IMG/VR virus record: IMGVR_UViG_3300006482_000009
Span: 1-38,931 of that record
Source of the DNA: a virus
Taxonomy: Duplodnaviria; Caudoviricetes
Length of the DNA: 38,931 bases
Reading direction: 5' to 3' (one strand)
Under the pieces are notes generated by a model. That model had not been told where the DNA came from and did not search any database. It worked only from the letters and a program-made list of their open reading frames with translations. Both the position numbers and the translations under genes were made by a program. This document shows positions 30,201 to 38,668 of the stretch, in pieces (within the stretch, counting starts at the first letter, position 1; every line of letters begins with the position of its first letter).

Positions 30201-30411
30201 TTCAACTAAACCAAGTGGACAACCTAGTTATTTAGATTGGTCACAAACTTTTACGCTTGCGGTAGGTTCTTCAACAACTGTAACAATAACTAATTCAACT
30301 ATATTAAATGCAATAAAAGATGGAACATGCAAAGGATTCGGCTTATATAACAATGGCGGAGTCTATTCAGTATGTAGTGGTAGTGCTACAGTAGTTATCA
30401 CATATCAATAA
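27277..30411 (+). CDS. Tail fibre/host-specificity protein with collagen-like repeats and probable beta-helix
   Basis: Acidic N-terminus, GxxGxx runs (DGSNGKDGLNGADG), tandem YKGE...PSNP repeats, TLQGAIDSIP. Confidence 0.8.
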   Translation: MLTDIDKEFDTPEIDENGELIEVIEEDDVFIEEDKGLEEQPDSFYEVEDDIVQEGEEEEELDIIQEVTVEAKENYENAKEQLVAIFTSILEKGEITAEDNVEIEQVKEQYSEAYNSIKENAEVIQKKTLEERVQELADGMVGATSDEILNILTDDGRKPWLYKNEDNDVLVDMTAIPELTVLINKLFLIATDGENEGEFQLTPDFIKMIVGGTGSGNAIDKIINKYYLSTSKIELVGGTWGDVLPTPTEQEGKFLWIKTVTTFLDKDKLPQETTPICVSAQDGSNGKDGLNGADGVDGKDGVSLTYKGEFTSHPSNPQNGWYYRNTTEGKTFVYQDNNWYQMTVDGQDGLNGNNGKDGLSIEYKGELSSPPSNPVKNWTYKDSDNGVVYIYTGLAWEVMTYDGSNGADGTNGKDGQNGLSIFVTYNDSTTQPATPIGNGTTNGWHTNVTSSIVWMSQKVASSAITGTWGAPIKIQGKDGVSVEEIRIQYSKNTSTTTAPADGWGTSMPSYQEGYFLWIRTRIKYSNNANYVYSTPACDQSWKANAEVYTQYKQLKEKFSWIVKSGTSESNMELTDALFKVLTETISLTAKNINLNGYINEGGNWSVDTLGDMNVKNLDVEGHLSTNELSISSIKCSTLPSMVLQDTVIKVTTTAIDDSAIFQDNAEYNTLQGAIDSIPTILNGSLVTIQLEKNIREDILIRGISGGSLYINLSSNVTIYGNVMVRDNSGRIAFYGTKDTNGNAISNIIPNSMIDIVNRECSVVVQTSQFVMFSNINIYGKVHATNNDYYYALLSLDGSNAYFGGGKITGSDNAFRTNSLGRIYISDSYGKVNNYVFRAVSGGIIHVGNDTQCNSSSNTKLLSDTACIIQISSSFNKWDTTSTTGSNTNTTTSTKSVTYKSVKGDYYRELYNNWKDNNTVRQGVYSVYGDNRGCWFFGTQFAGVKGRNITKVAIKITRLEGGTYAGVTHTLKAHGYSTKPSGQPSYLDWSQTFTLAVGSSTTVTITNSTILNAIKDGTCKGFGLYNNGGVYSVCSGSATVVITYQ

Positions 30412-30429
30412 TAGAAAGGAAGGTGCACA

Positions 30430-33099
30430 ATGTCATACCTAGATAGAAAAGATTTACTTTCTGCTGACCTTATGACTAGAAGTATATCAAAAGAGGGTAG
30501 TATTAAGTATTACAACAGCGACAAAAATGTCGCAAACATATATATGAAATTAATGGCAGAAAGTCAAGACGGAGCACAAAAGGAAGTATTAGTAGATGAA
30601 GCGAGTAATTATACAGTAACTATAACTGTAAAAAAGCCAGGGAATAGTACAAAAGAAGTTGCAGGAGTATTAAGTGATGACCTAGTGGATGAAACGTGCG
30701 CTATATATAAATTTGCTCTACCTAGTGAATTTACAGACCAAGTAGGTGATTCAACATGTGAAACTGTTGTAAAGAATGATACTAAAGAATTAGTAATGAA
30801 TACTTTTGTATATTCAGTAAAAGCAGATATGCTTACTGGTTTAAATGGAGAAATAGTAACAGATCCTGATTTACCTATATTAAAAGAGTTAATTCAAGAA
30901 GTAAAAGAAACAGCACAGACTGTAAATAACATAGACAATGTAAATGTTAGCGATACAAAGACATATTCCAATAAGAAAATAGAAGAAAAGTTTAGTGGAG
31001 TTGATGCGCAATTTAATACTATTGCGAATGAAATGAAAGCTCCAAAAGATTATTACATACTTAAATCTCCTAATGGAATTCAATATAAAGTGGTAGTTGA
31101 TAATAATGGAGTTCTAAAAGTAATAGGCATTAATGATGAAAATTTAGAGGGGTTATTGGAAGGGAGGTTGTTAGTTTGGCATGATGAATTTGATGGAACT
31201 ATAATAGATAGAACTAAGTGGCGTTCTTCTACTAATAATTCAAGTTATGCTGAATTACAAGCGTATACTTATGAAAGAGATGAAAATGCTTATATAGAAA
31301 ACGGTCAATTAATATTAAAAGCTATTAGAGAAGCATATATTGATGGATATGATTGGACTTCTGCAAGATTGGACACTATGGGATTATTTGGTGTAAAATA
31401 CGGAAGAATTGAGGCTAAATTAAAATATGAAAGTAAAAATGGAGCATTCCCAGCATTTTGGACTCTAGGATGTAATACATATTATCCCTCTAGTACATCC
31501 GGGCCATACGGTGTTACAAAAAGTTACGGAGCACCTTGGCCATACTGTGGAGAACTAGATATATTCGAAGGTGTTAGTGGGAATAATGGTGTGAATCCAA
31601 TTATACACTACTCATTAGATCCAAGTACATCTGCTGAATCAAATATGACAATAGCGTCTAATTCTACGGTAAATACATCAGAATATCACATTTATGGTGT
31701 AGAGTGGACTGAAACATCCATGACAGCATACTTAGATGGAGAAGCAATAGGAACGATAGATACTAATGGATTAACTCCATATAATAAACCACATTATTTA
31801 ATATTGAACTTAGCTTTAGGTAGTATTGCTGGTGCAATAAATGACAATGTTAATGATATAAAAATGTACGTAGATTGGGTAAGGGTTTATTCTCCTGAGA
31901 GTGTTACACAAAAATTAGATATATCCAATATAACTCTATCTAAAAGTTCTATGGCACTAAATATAGGTGATCCTTCCCAATATATAGATTATGAAAGTAC
32001 ACCTTCTAATACTGTAAATAGTCTTGTTACATTAACAAGTTCAGACTCTAATATATTCACAGTTTATGGTACTAAGTTATCACCAATAGCTACTGGGAAC
32101 GCTAATTTAATTGCTACATCTTATAATGGTATTACAACTAGTATTCCGATTCAAGTAGGAACAAATTTACCTGTTTATGCAGAAAGTATAACATTGAGTG
32201 CTTCAGAAGCGAATGTCTCAGAAACTAAAACTTATATTTTAACAACCACAATGAAACCAAATAACTGCAATGAAACATTATCATGGTCTTCAAGTGATGA
32301 CACCGTAGCTACAGTTAGTAATGGTATAATTACTGGCGTAAAAGCTGGATATTGCACTATAACGGCTTATTCGCCACACGATAATTCTGTTAAAGATACT
32401 TGTGCTATAACTGTTGATCCTCTAGTGCGATTAACAATTCCATCTAATGGACTAGTATTGCAATTAGACAAAAATGGCATGAATCAATACTCATGGACTA
32501 ATAGCGTCGATAGTATAGAGTTACCTTGGCTAAATGCTTATAACTCAGTAAATGGTGTGAATAGTGCTGTTAAAACCGATGGAAAATCATTCTGGTGGGA
32601 AGGAACTAATTACACAGATTACAGTATGATGGATCTATCTTCATATTATGATGCAGACTCACAACAAAGTATAATATTAAATGTTGACTATTCAGCTAAT
32701 ACATCAAGTCAAGATTTTATATGTTCTTCTGGTACAAATGGTGGAGCAAATACAGTTAGATTAAGTTTAAATGGAGTACCTCAATATTTTGATTCAACAG
32801 CAACATCTATAACAAAAACAGGAAATTTAAATGGTTCAGCATCTAAAAAATATACAATATGTATTAGATACGATAACAAGAATATTAAACTTAGTTGTTT
32901 GGATTACGGTGGTACAATTGTTAACTCAAATGCAATACTTAATAGTGAGTTCAATACAAATGAAAAATTTTATTTAGGAGTTAAAGGTGGTAAAGGTAAA
33001 AATTGCAAATATAAAGTCTGTGCTGTTTATAATAGAGTTATTACTGATGAAGAAGTTAGTGAAGCTTTAACAAGTATCAATGAATTTGCAAATAATTAA
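30430..33099 (+). CDS. BppU-like tail protein with GH16 glycoside hydrolase, two Ig-like domains and LamG-like C-terminus
   Basis: LVWHDEFDG, YGRIEAK, PAFW, WPYCGELDIFE (GH16 ExDxxE), WSSSDDTVATVSNG (Big_2), VYNRVITDEEV. Confidence 0.88.
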   Translation: MSYLDRKDLLSADLMTRSISKEGSIKYYNSDKNVANIYMKLMAESQDGAQKEVLVDEASNYTVTITVKKPGNSTKEVAGVLSDDLVDETCAIYKFALPSEFTDQVGDSTCETVVKNDTKELVMNTFVYSVKADMLTGLNGEIVTDPDLPILKELIQEVKETAQTVNNIDNVNVSDTKTYSNKKIEEKFSGVDAQFNTIANEMKAPKDYYILKSPNGIQYKVVVDNNGVLKVIGINDENLEGLLEGRLLVWHDEFDGTIIDRTKWRSSTNNSSYAELQAYTYERDENAYIENGQLILKAIREAYIDGYDWTSARLDTMGLFGVKYGRIEAKLKYESKNGAFPAFWTLGCNTYYPSSTSGPYGVTKSYGAPWPYCGELDIFEGVSGNNGVNPIIHYSLDPSTSAESNMTIASNSTVNTSEYHIYGVEWTETSMTAYLDGEAIGTIDTNGLTPYNKPHYLILNLALGSIAGAINDNVNDIKMYVDWVRVYSPESVTQKLDISNITLSKSSMALNIGDPSQYIDYESTPSNTVNSLVTLTSSDSNIFTVYGTKLSPIATGNANLIATSYNGITTSIPIQVGTNLPVYAESITLSASEANVSETKTYILTTTMKPNNCNETLSWSSSDDTVATVSNGIITGVKAGYCTITAYSPHDNSVKDTCAITVDPLVRLTIPSNGLVLQLDKNGMNQYSWTNSVDSIELPWLNAYNSVNGVNSAVKTDGKSFWWEGTNYTDYSMMDLSSYYDADSQQSIILNVDYSANTSSQDFICSSGTNGGANTVRLSLNGVPQYFDSTATSITKTGNLNGSASKKYTICIRYDNKNIKLSCLDYGGTIVNSNAILNSEFNTNEKFYLGVKGGKGKNCKYKVCAVYNRVITDEEVSEALTSINEFANN
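31007..31026. repeat. Palindromic site A, CGCAAT-N8-ATTGCG, in frame in tail gene
   Basis: cgcaat-ttaatact-attgcg, encoding AQFNTIA at the junction before the GH16 part. Confidence 0.7.
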
Positions 33100-33115
33100 T
33101 TTTTAGAAAATAGTG

Positions 33116-33124
33116 TGATATAAT
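33116..33124 (+). promoter_or_regulatory. Extended -10 promoter element for the acetyltransferase
   Basis: TGaTATAAT about 35 bp before the ATG. Confidence 0.6.
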
Positions 33125-33159
33125 ATCGTATATACAAATATATACATAAAGGGGATATT

Positions 33160-33744
33160 ATGTTAAATTTATTTGAAAAAATATTAAATAAAAAGGCAAA
33201 AAAATTTGTATTGCATAAACCCATCATGTACAGAAAACAAAATACAGCCAACATTAATGTAAAAAATAACTTTGAGTTTAATAAGCAATGGGTTAAAGTA
33301 AAAAATCTTAAGTCTGGTCAATTAAACTTAGAAAAAAATGGGACATTAAATGTAGATGACTTTGTTGTATATGCTGGATGTTCTATAGGTATTCAAGAAA
33401 ATGCTACTTTATCATTAGGAACAGGGTATATGAGTTTTGATTCAATAATTAGGTGTTGCGATAAAATAACAATAGGGGATGGTGTTTTTATAGCAGAAGG
33501 TGTCTTAATTAGGGATAGTGATGGTCATGAGATTATTAGTGATGAACTACATGATAGTAAAATGCCTATTACAATTGGTAATCATGTTTGGATAGGAAGC
33601 AGGGCGACAATACTAAAAGGGGTTAATATAGGTGATGGAGCAATAATTGCAGCAGGAGCAGTAGTAACTGAAGATGTTCCTCCAAAGACATTAGTTGGTG
33701 GAGTTCCAGCAAAAGTAATAAGAAAAGATGTAGAATGGAAATAA
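33160..33744 (+). CDS. Hexapeptide-repeat (left-handed beta-helix) O-acetyltransferase
   Basis: DSDGH, PITIGNHVWIGSRATILKGVNIGDGAIIAAGAVVTEDVP...GGVPAKVIR. Confidence 0.92.
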   Translation: MLNLFEKILNKKAKKFVLHKPIMYRKQNTANINVKNNFEFNKQWVKVKNLKSGQLNLEKNGTLNVDDFVVYAGCSIGIQENATLSLGTGYMSFDSIIRCCDKITIGDGVFIAEGVLIRDSDGHEIISDELHDSKMPITIGNHVWIGSRATILKGVNIGDGAIIAAGAVVTEDVPPKTLVGGVPAKVIRKDVEWK

Positions 33745-33779
33745 AGCAGAAGTAACATTAAATTAGGGAGAGTATAAAA

Positions 33780-33998
33780 ATGAATGGAATAGAAAACTTT
33801 GACGATAAGATAAATTTACTAAAAAGTGAACTAGAAAAAAGCTTTGATTGCGTTGAATATTTAAAAACACAAGAAAATATAACTAAAAAACATTTTTATA
33901 ATTGTGACAATAGAACTATAGTAGTTGATAATTACAATAGGGTTTTTGAATTGAAGAATAATAAGTTAGTGCGTTTAGCTGCTAAAATAGAAGTATAG
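33780..33998 (+). CDS. Hypothetical protein
   Basis: 72 aa, RBS agggag, followed by terminator. Confidence 0.7.
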   Translation: MNGIENFDDKINLLKSELEKSFDCVEYLKTQENITKKHFYNCDNRTIVVDNYNRVFELKNNKLVRLAAKIEV

Positions 33999-34005
33999 AA
34001 ATAGT

Positions 34006-34035
34006 AAAAGACTAGAAATTAATCTAGTCTTTTTT
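34006..34035 (+). terminator. Rho-independent terminator
   Basis: aaaagactaga/tctagtctttt. Confidence 0.85.
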
Positions 34036-34039
34036 ATTT

Positions 34040-34059
34040 CACAATTTGAATCAATTGCG
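34040..34059. repeat. Palindromic site B, CACAAT-N8-ATTGCG, intergenic
   Basis: cacaat-ttgaatca-attgcg; reads SQFESIAQ-stop in the register of site A. Confidence 0.65.
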
Positions 34060-34112
34060 CAATAAGTTTAGTTACTCTCAATAGTGTCAATAATCACTAC
34101 CGAGGTGATTAA

Positions 34113-34214
34113 ATGAATATTTTATTGTGCGCTGCTTTAATTATATGCTTAATTGGTTTGGCAGTTGGCATTCTATCATTCATAGGGATAGTTATACTTT
34201 ATAGAAGTTTATAG
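34113..34214 (+). CDS. 33 aa single-helix hydrophobic peptide
   Basis: RBS gaggtg; MNILLCAALIICLIGLAVGILSFIGIVILYRSL; below ORF-track cutoff. Confidence 0.65.
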   Translation: MNILLCAALIICLIGLAVGILSFIGIVILYRSL

Positions 34215-34242
34215 AAGGAATATCCTCCTAATATGTAGAATT
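34214..34242 (+). promoter_or_regulatory. Putative SigH-dependent promoter
   Basis: gaAGGAata-N12-gtaGAATta matches RNAGGAWWW-N11/12-RNNGAATWW. Confidence 0.6.
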
Positions 34243-34274
34243 ATTTAGAAAAAGTGTATTAGGGGGATTGAATT

Positions 34275-34586
34275 ATGAACTTAGAAGATATTTTAGATAG
34301 AATAAAACTTCCGATGGACAAAATAATAATTGCAATAGATATAGAAAGAAAAAAAGATAAACCAGATTGGCATAATGGTATTATTGCACCAAAGCTAAAA
34401 TTAAATAATGATGATTTTCAAGATGGGATAAAAATGTTAGTTGATTTAAAATATATTTCTGACGATATTAGTTTTGCACGAATTGGAACAAATAGGACAT
34501 TAGCCGAATGGGATTGTTTAGAAATAACAGAAAAAGGCGAAAATTACTTAAAAGATTTATGTGAGTTATTTGAAATAACTATATAA
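34275..34586 (+). CDS. Winged-helix protein, YjcQ-like
   Basis: IKMLVDLKYI...EITEKGENYL. Confidence 0.65.
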   Translation: MNLEDILDRIKLPMDKIIIAIDIERKKDKPDWHNGIIAPKLKLNNDDFQDGIKMLVDLKYISDDISFARIGTNRTLAEWDCLEITEKGENYLKDLCELFEITI

Positions 34587-34593
34587 ATAAAAC

Positions 34594-34624
34594 AAAAGGA
34601 TCTAATTAATTTAGGTCCTTTTTT
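34594..34624 (+). terminator. Rho-independent terminator
   Basis: aaaaggatctaa/ttaggtcctttt. Confidence 0.8.
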
Positions 34625-34647
34625 AATGCAAAGAAAGTGAGGTATTT

Positions 34648-34869
34648 ATGTCAGATGATGCATTACAAGAGGTAAGAGAAAGACTTATTAAAATTGAAGT
34701 ACTTTTAGAAAATATGTCACAAAATAATGATTTAAAACTAGAGACAGTTGAAGAAAAAATAAAAGTGGCAAACAATAGAATATCAGATTTGGAAAATTCA
34801 AATACATGGTTATGGAGAGCAATAGCTGGAGCTTTAATAAGTTCAGTTATTGCTTTTTTAATTAAATAA
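34648..34869 (+). CDS. xhlA: XhlA-family lysis accessory protein
   Basis: ERLIKIE...ANNRISDLE...TWLWRAIAGALI with C-terminal TM. Confidence 0.85.
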   Translation: MSDDALQEVRERLIKIEVLLENMSQNNDLKLETVEEKIKVANNRISDLENSNTWLWRAIAGALISSVIAFLIK

Positions 34870-34889
34870 ATAAAATTGGAGGTAGTGTT

Positions 34890-35153
34890 ATGGATTTAAG
34901 TTTTTTAAATGATTATGTTGTTTTAGTTGTTGTAGGTGTTTGTTTATGTGTTGGATATGTGTTAAAGAATAGCTTTCCTAAGTTAGATAATAAATATATA
35001 CCATTAATAATGGCTATATTAGGTGTTTTATTAAACATATGGGTTGCTGGATGCATAACAATAGAAGTTTTGTTAGGTGGTATGTTTAGTGGGTTAGCGA
35101 GTACTGGATTACATCAATTATTTGTTACATTAATTAATAAGGAGGAAAATTAA
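34890..35153 (+). CDS. Holin
   Basis: Three hydrophobic segments; NKYIP and GLASTGLHQ. Confidence 0.92.
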   Translation: MDLSFLNDYVVLVVVGVCLCVGYVLKNSFPKLDNKYIPLIMAILGVLLNIWVAGCITIEVLLGGMFSGLASTGLHQLFVTLINKEEN

Positions 35154-35154
35154 T

Positions 35155-35928
35155 ATGAGTTATATTAATAATGGAGTAATAAAGAATGGATCTAAAATAG
35201 GAACTGCTACTGTTGATAGTTCTGGACTATTAAAAAAAGGATGGATGATACCTTATGTAGCATTTACACCATCATCTGTTACAATACATGAGACGGATAT
35301 GCCTAATGTATCTTCAGAACAAATATATAAATCATTAAAGAATGGAAATAGTGATACAAGCAGAAAACAAGCATCTTTTCAGATTTGTGTATCTGCAACA
35401 AAAATAATGCAGTGTGTAAATTTATTTAGAACTTGTTGGCATGCAGGAAATAGAACAGGTAGTGCAACATCAATTGGAATAGAAATATGCCAATATGATG
35501 ATAAAGCATTACAAGAAAAAGCTTATAAGAATGCAGCTAAATTAGTAAAAATTATATTAGAAGAAATTAAAACAGTTAAAAAAGTAGTACAACACAACTA
35601 TTGGAGTGGAAAGAACTGTCCGAGTAAACTAAGAGCTAAATGGAAAGGTTATACTTGGGATTGGTTTACTAATTTAGTATATAGTGAAAAGAAATATACT
35701 AAGCTTAAAAATGGAGATTACAACAAGAAAGCAACAGTATTAACTCCTACACTTAATGTAAGAAAATCAAGACCAGATAAGAATGGAAAACTTGGTAAAT
35801 ATGAGTTCAAATTAAAAGAAGGAGATATTATAGAGGTAGGATATGTTCTTAATGGATGGGCTTCTATTTGGGTAGAAGGTGACATGGGTTACATAAATAC
35901 TAGTAGCAAGTATATTAAATTACTATAG
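35155..35928 (+). CDS. Endolysin: N-acetylmuramoyl-L-alanine amidase (Amidase_2) + SH3b
   Basis: ITHET-like TIHET, WHAG, SIGIEIC, QHNYWSGKNCP; C-terminal LNVR...GW. Confidence 0.93.
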   Translation: MSYINNGVIKNGSKIGTATVDSSGLLKKGWMIPYVAFTPSSVTIHETDMPNVSSEQIYKSLKNGNSDTSRKQASFQICVSATKIMQCVNLFRTCWHAGNRTGSATSIGIEICQYDDKALQEKAYKNAAKLVKIILEEIKTVKKVVQHNYWSGKNCPSKLRAKWKGYTWDWFTNLVYSEKKYTKLKNGDYNKKATVLTPTLNVRKSRPDKNGKLGKYEFKLKEGDIIEVGYVLNGWASIWVEGDMGYINTSSKYIKLL

Positions 35929-35930
35929 AT

Positions 35931-35973
35931 AAAATAGCTAGGTTGGATTGAATTATCCAACCTAGCTATTTTT
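35931..35973. terminator. Strong bidirectional terminator ending the late operon
   Basis: Perfect 18 bp inverted repeat aaaatagctaggttggat/atccaacctagctatttt. Confidence 0.9.
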
Positions 35974-36237
35974 AAAATTATTTTGTTTTTTTATTACTTC
36001 TTCTATTTGTTCATTCCTCTAAATGAATATTATGAATTTGAAGATATAATTTATTTGCATGATAAACTAGTACAATTAATGCAGTGTGAAAGTAGTCTAA
36101 ATAAGGTTAATACTATTAGCGAAAAGGTAGATATAAATAATAAGAAAAAAATATATAATTACAACCCAATTATGGTAATATTTAACATAAGGAGGATCTG
36201 TTCTTCCTAAAGGATATATTATTAAAGGGGGATTTAT

Positions 36238-37740
36238 ATGAAATTTAAAAAATTAACAAGTATAGTATTAAGTGTGTTATTAGTATTAAGTAATATAATA
36301 CTACCAAATGTAAGTTTTGCAAATGACATTAGTAGTACTAAGATTACTAATAATGAGGAGTATTTAGCTACTCCTACTAGACTATTTTCAAATCAGGGTA
36401 CATTACGTTGGGATAAGGTTGATAATGCAGATGGATATATAGTGTATATGTCAACTGAAGAAGACGGCAAATATGAAGAGGTGGCAAGGGTAAAAGATAG
36501 TAATTATAAGGAAGAGAAATGTTTTATTTTAAAGGATTATTATTTTAAAGTAAGAGCTTATGTAACCATAGGAGATAGGATAGTTTATAGTAATTATAGC
36601 AGAATATGTAAAAGTAAAATATCATACACTGGTGAAATGAAATTATCAGTAGGTGGTAGCTTTAATAGTGTATTTTTACGATGTTCAACACCCGCTTGGG
36701 GTTCATATGAAAAATATAAAATATTTAAATCGACTAATAAATTAGGTAATTATGAGGCTATAACAGAGATTAAAGGTGAGCCATATAAAGCAATATCAGG
36801 TGATCATAAAATAACATTTACAGATACAGATATAGTCTGTAACCAAAAATACTATTATAAAGTAGGTGGGTATTCAGTAGAAAACGGCGAAGATATACTA
36901 CACGATATGTCTCCAACGGTTGAAAAATTAATTTCATTAGAAACTCCAACAATAACAGTAACTAATTCTGGCAACACTAATATAATAAAATGGAATAAAA
37001 TACCTGGAGCGACTGGCTATAAGATTCGTTGTTTATATGAAGAGATTGATATAAAAGATGGAAACACTACGTCTTATACTCACAAAAATTTAGAATATGG
37101 AAAGACTTACTACTATAATGTAAAAGCATACAATTCAGATAATACTAGTGCTGAATCAAATAGTATTGAAATTACTATAAAACCTAAATTAACTTTAGGT
37201 ACAACAAAAGCAAAAGCTACTCCAAATACTTATGACTCAAATAAAATAACATGGAATAAAGTATCAGAGGCTGATGGATATGAAGTTTATAAAGCAACAA
37301 GCAAGACTGGAACATATTCAAAAGTAAAAACAACAAGTAGCTTAAGTTATATAAATACAAGTTTAACAACAGGAAAAACTTATTACTATAAAGTAAGAGC
37401 ATATAGAGTAGTTAATGGTAAAAAAATATACAGTAGTTACTCTAATACTGTATCTGTAAAACCAGTATTAAAGACTCCTAATGTGACATTAAAGGCAGGA
37501 AGTAAGAAAATCACTATTAAATGGATTAAAATAAGTGGTGCAAAGGGGTATAAAATTTATAGAAGCACAAGTAAAAACGGTAAATATAGCTTAATAAAAA
37601 CTACCACTAGCTCAAGCTACACTAATAGTAAATTAAAAAAAGGTGGTAGATACTATTACAAAGTAAGGGCTTATAGAGTTGTAAGTGGCAAGACAATATA
37701 TGGAAATTACAGTTCGATTAAAAACACAAAAGCTATGTAA
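36238..37740 (+). CDS. Secreted fibronectin type III repeat protein
   Basis: Signal peptide ending VSFA; about five W.KV..ADGY...YYYKVRAY repeats. Confidence 0.88.
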   Translation: MKFKKLTSIVLSVLLVLSNIILPNVSFANDISSTKITNNEEYLATPTRLFSNQGTLRWDKVDNADGYIVYMSTEEDGKYEEVARVKDSNYKEEKCFILKDYYFKVRAYVTIGDRIVYSNYSRICKSKISYTGEMKLSVGGSFNSVFLRCSTPAWGSYEKYKIFKSTNKLGNYEAITEIKGEPYKAISGDHKITFTDTDIVCNQKYYYKVGGYSVENGEDILHDMSPTVEKLISLETPTITVTNSGNTNIIKWNKIPGATGYKIRCLYEEIDIKDGNTTSYTHKNLEYGKTYYYNVKAYNSDNTSAESNSIEITIKPKLTLGTTKAKATPNTYDSNKITWNKVSEADGYEVYKATSKTGTYSKVKTTSSLSYINTSLTTGKTYYYKVRAYRVVNGKKIYSSYSNTVSVKPVLKTPNVTLKAGSKKITIKWIKISGAKGYKIYRSTSKNGKYSLIKTTTSSSYTNSKLKKGGRYYYKVRAYRVVSGKTIYGNYSSIKNTKAM

Positions 37741-37912
37741 ATTGAAATAAATGATATTATAGGTTTACAATAATTATCAAAGGTTTTAGCTGGGCTGTGC
37801 CTTAAATAACTTAGTTCTATTAAATAAATATAAAATAATAATAAAAAGAGTGAATGCATCGAAATTACTATATTTATTTACATTGACTATTTTTTATATT
37901 TAAATACAAAAT

Positions 37913-37937
37913 AAGGTGGCTTTCTATTAGCCACCTT
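37913..37937. terminator. Terminator-like hairpin
   Basis: aaggtggc/gccacctt. Confidence 0.65.
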
Positions 37938-38046
37938 TGAATGAAACAATAAAAATATTTTAAAAGTATTTAGGTACTATTATAATATGTATAGGACCTT
38001 TAAAGCATGTCCATAATTTTAATAATCCATGTTATAGTGTAATTTT

Positions 38047-38087
38047 AAAAGGCTGGTAGGATATTTTATATCCTTACCAGCCTTTTT
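38047..38087. terminator. Bidirectional terminator
   Basis: aaaaggctggta/taccagcctttt arms. Confidence 0.85.
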
Positions 38088-38089
38088 AT

Positions 38090-38602
38090 TTATTCTTTAT
38101 TAGAGTTCCAATATTCTTCACCTTGTTGAGCTTTTTTATTAGATTTTAACCACTCTTTATAAGTTACTTCTTTTCCATTTATATAATATTTAGTTTTCTG
38201 TTCATCTGTATTTTTATCTTCGTCTTCTTTGAAACTATCCCAATATTCTTTATCCCTTGTATCTGTATCAGGATCATAAACATAACCTTCATCTTGTTTT
38301 TTGCCTTCTTCGCCTAAATGAGTACCATCTTTAATATATCCGTCTTGATTTTCTTTTTTAGCATTCTTTTTAGTAGGTTTTTTAATTGATTTAGTATTAG
38401 ATTGACTTCCGGAAGAAGTTTTATCTGACGATTTATCAGACTCATTTGATGACTTATCGGTTTCTTTTTCATTGTTATTATCTTTATTTTGTTCAACTTT
38501 TGTATCTTCATTCGGTTCATCCTTAGTAGTATTACTATTCGTGCACCCTGATAAACCAATACAAATTACTCCACTTATTATAAAACTTAATATTTTCTTC
38601 AT
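38090..38602 (-). CDS. Lipoprotein, low-complexity
   Basis: MKKILSFIISGVICIGLSG-C lipobox; RBS aagggg; K/D/S/N-rich linker. Confidence 0.85.
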   Translation of the reverse strand: MKKILSFIISGVICIGLSGCTNSNTTKDEPNEDTKVEQNKDNNNEKETDKSSNESDKSSDKTSSGSQSNTKSIKKPTKKNAKKENQDGYIKDGTHLGEEGKKQDEGYVYDPDTDTRDKEYWDSFKEDEDKNTDEQKTKYYINGKEVTYKEWLKSNKKAQQGEEYWNSNKE

Positions 38603-38668
38603 TATATACACCCCTTATTTAATATAGTAGCAGAAAAGACTAGAGAAGTTAATCTCTAGTCATAAATA

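Noticed and set aside
27277..33099. Diversity-generating retroelement or invertible fibre shufflon
   Set aside because: No reverse transcriptase, template/variable repeat pair, invertase or inverted alternative tails seen.
35983..36210. 75 aa ORF upstream of the FN3 gene
   Set aside because: TTG start in a T-rich tract with no RBS; likely leader sequence, though a gene remnant is not excluded.
437..38559. Overlapping or antisense ORFs in the track (e.g. 437..625, 544..798, 3112..3576, 3647..4003, 19309..19779, 19909..20607, 38314..38559)
   Set aside because: They overlap better-supported genes and have the composition of shadow frames in AT-rich DNA.
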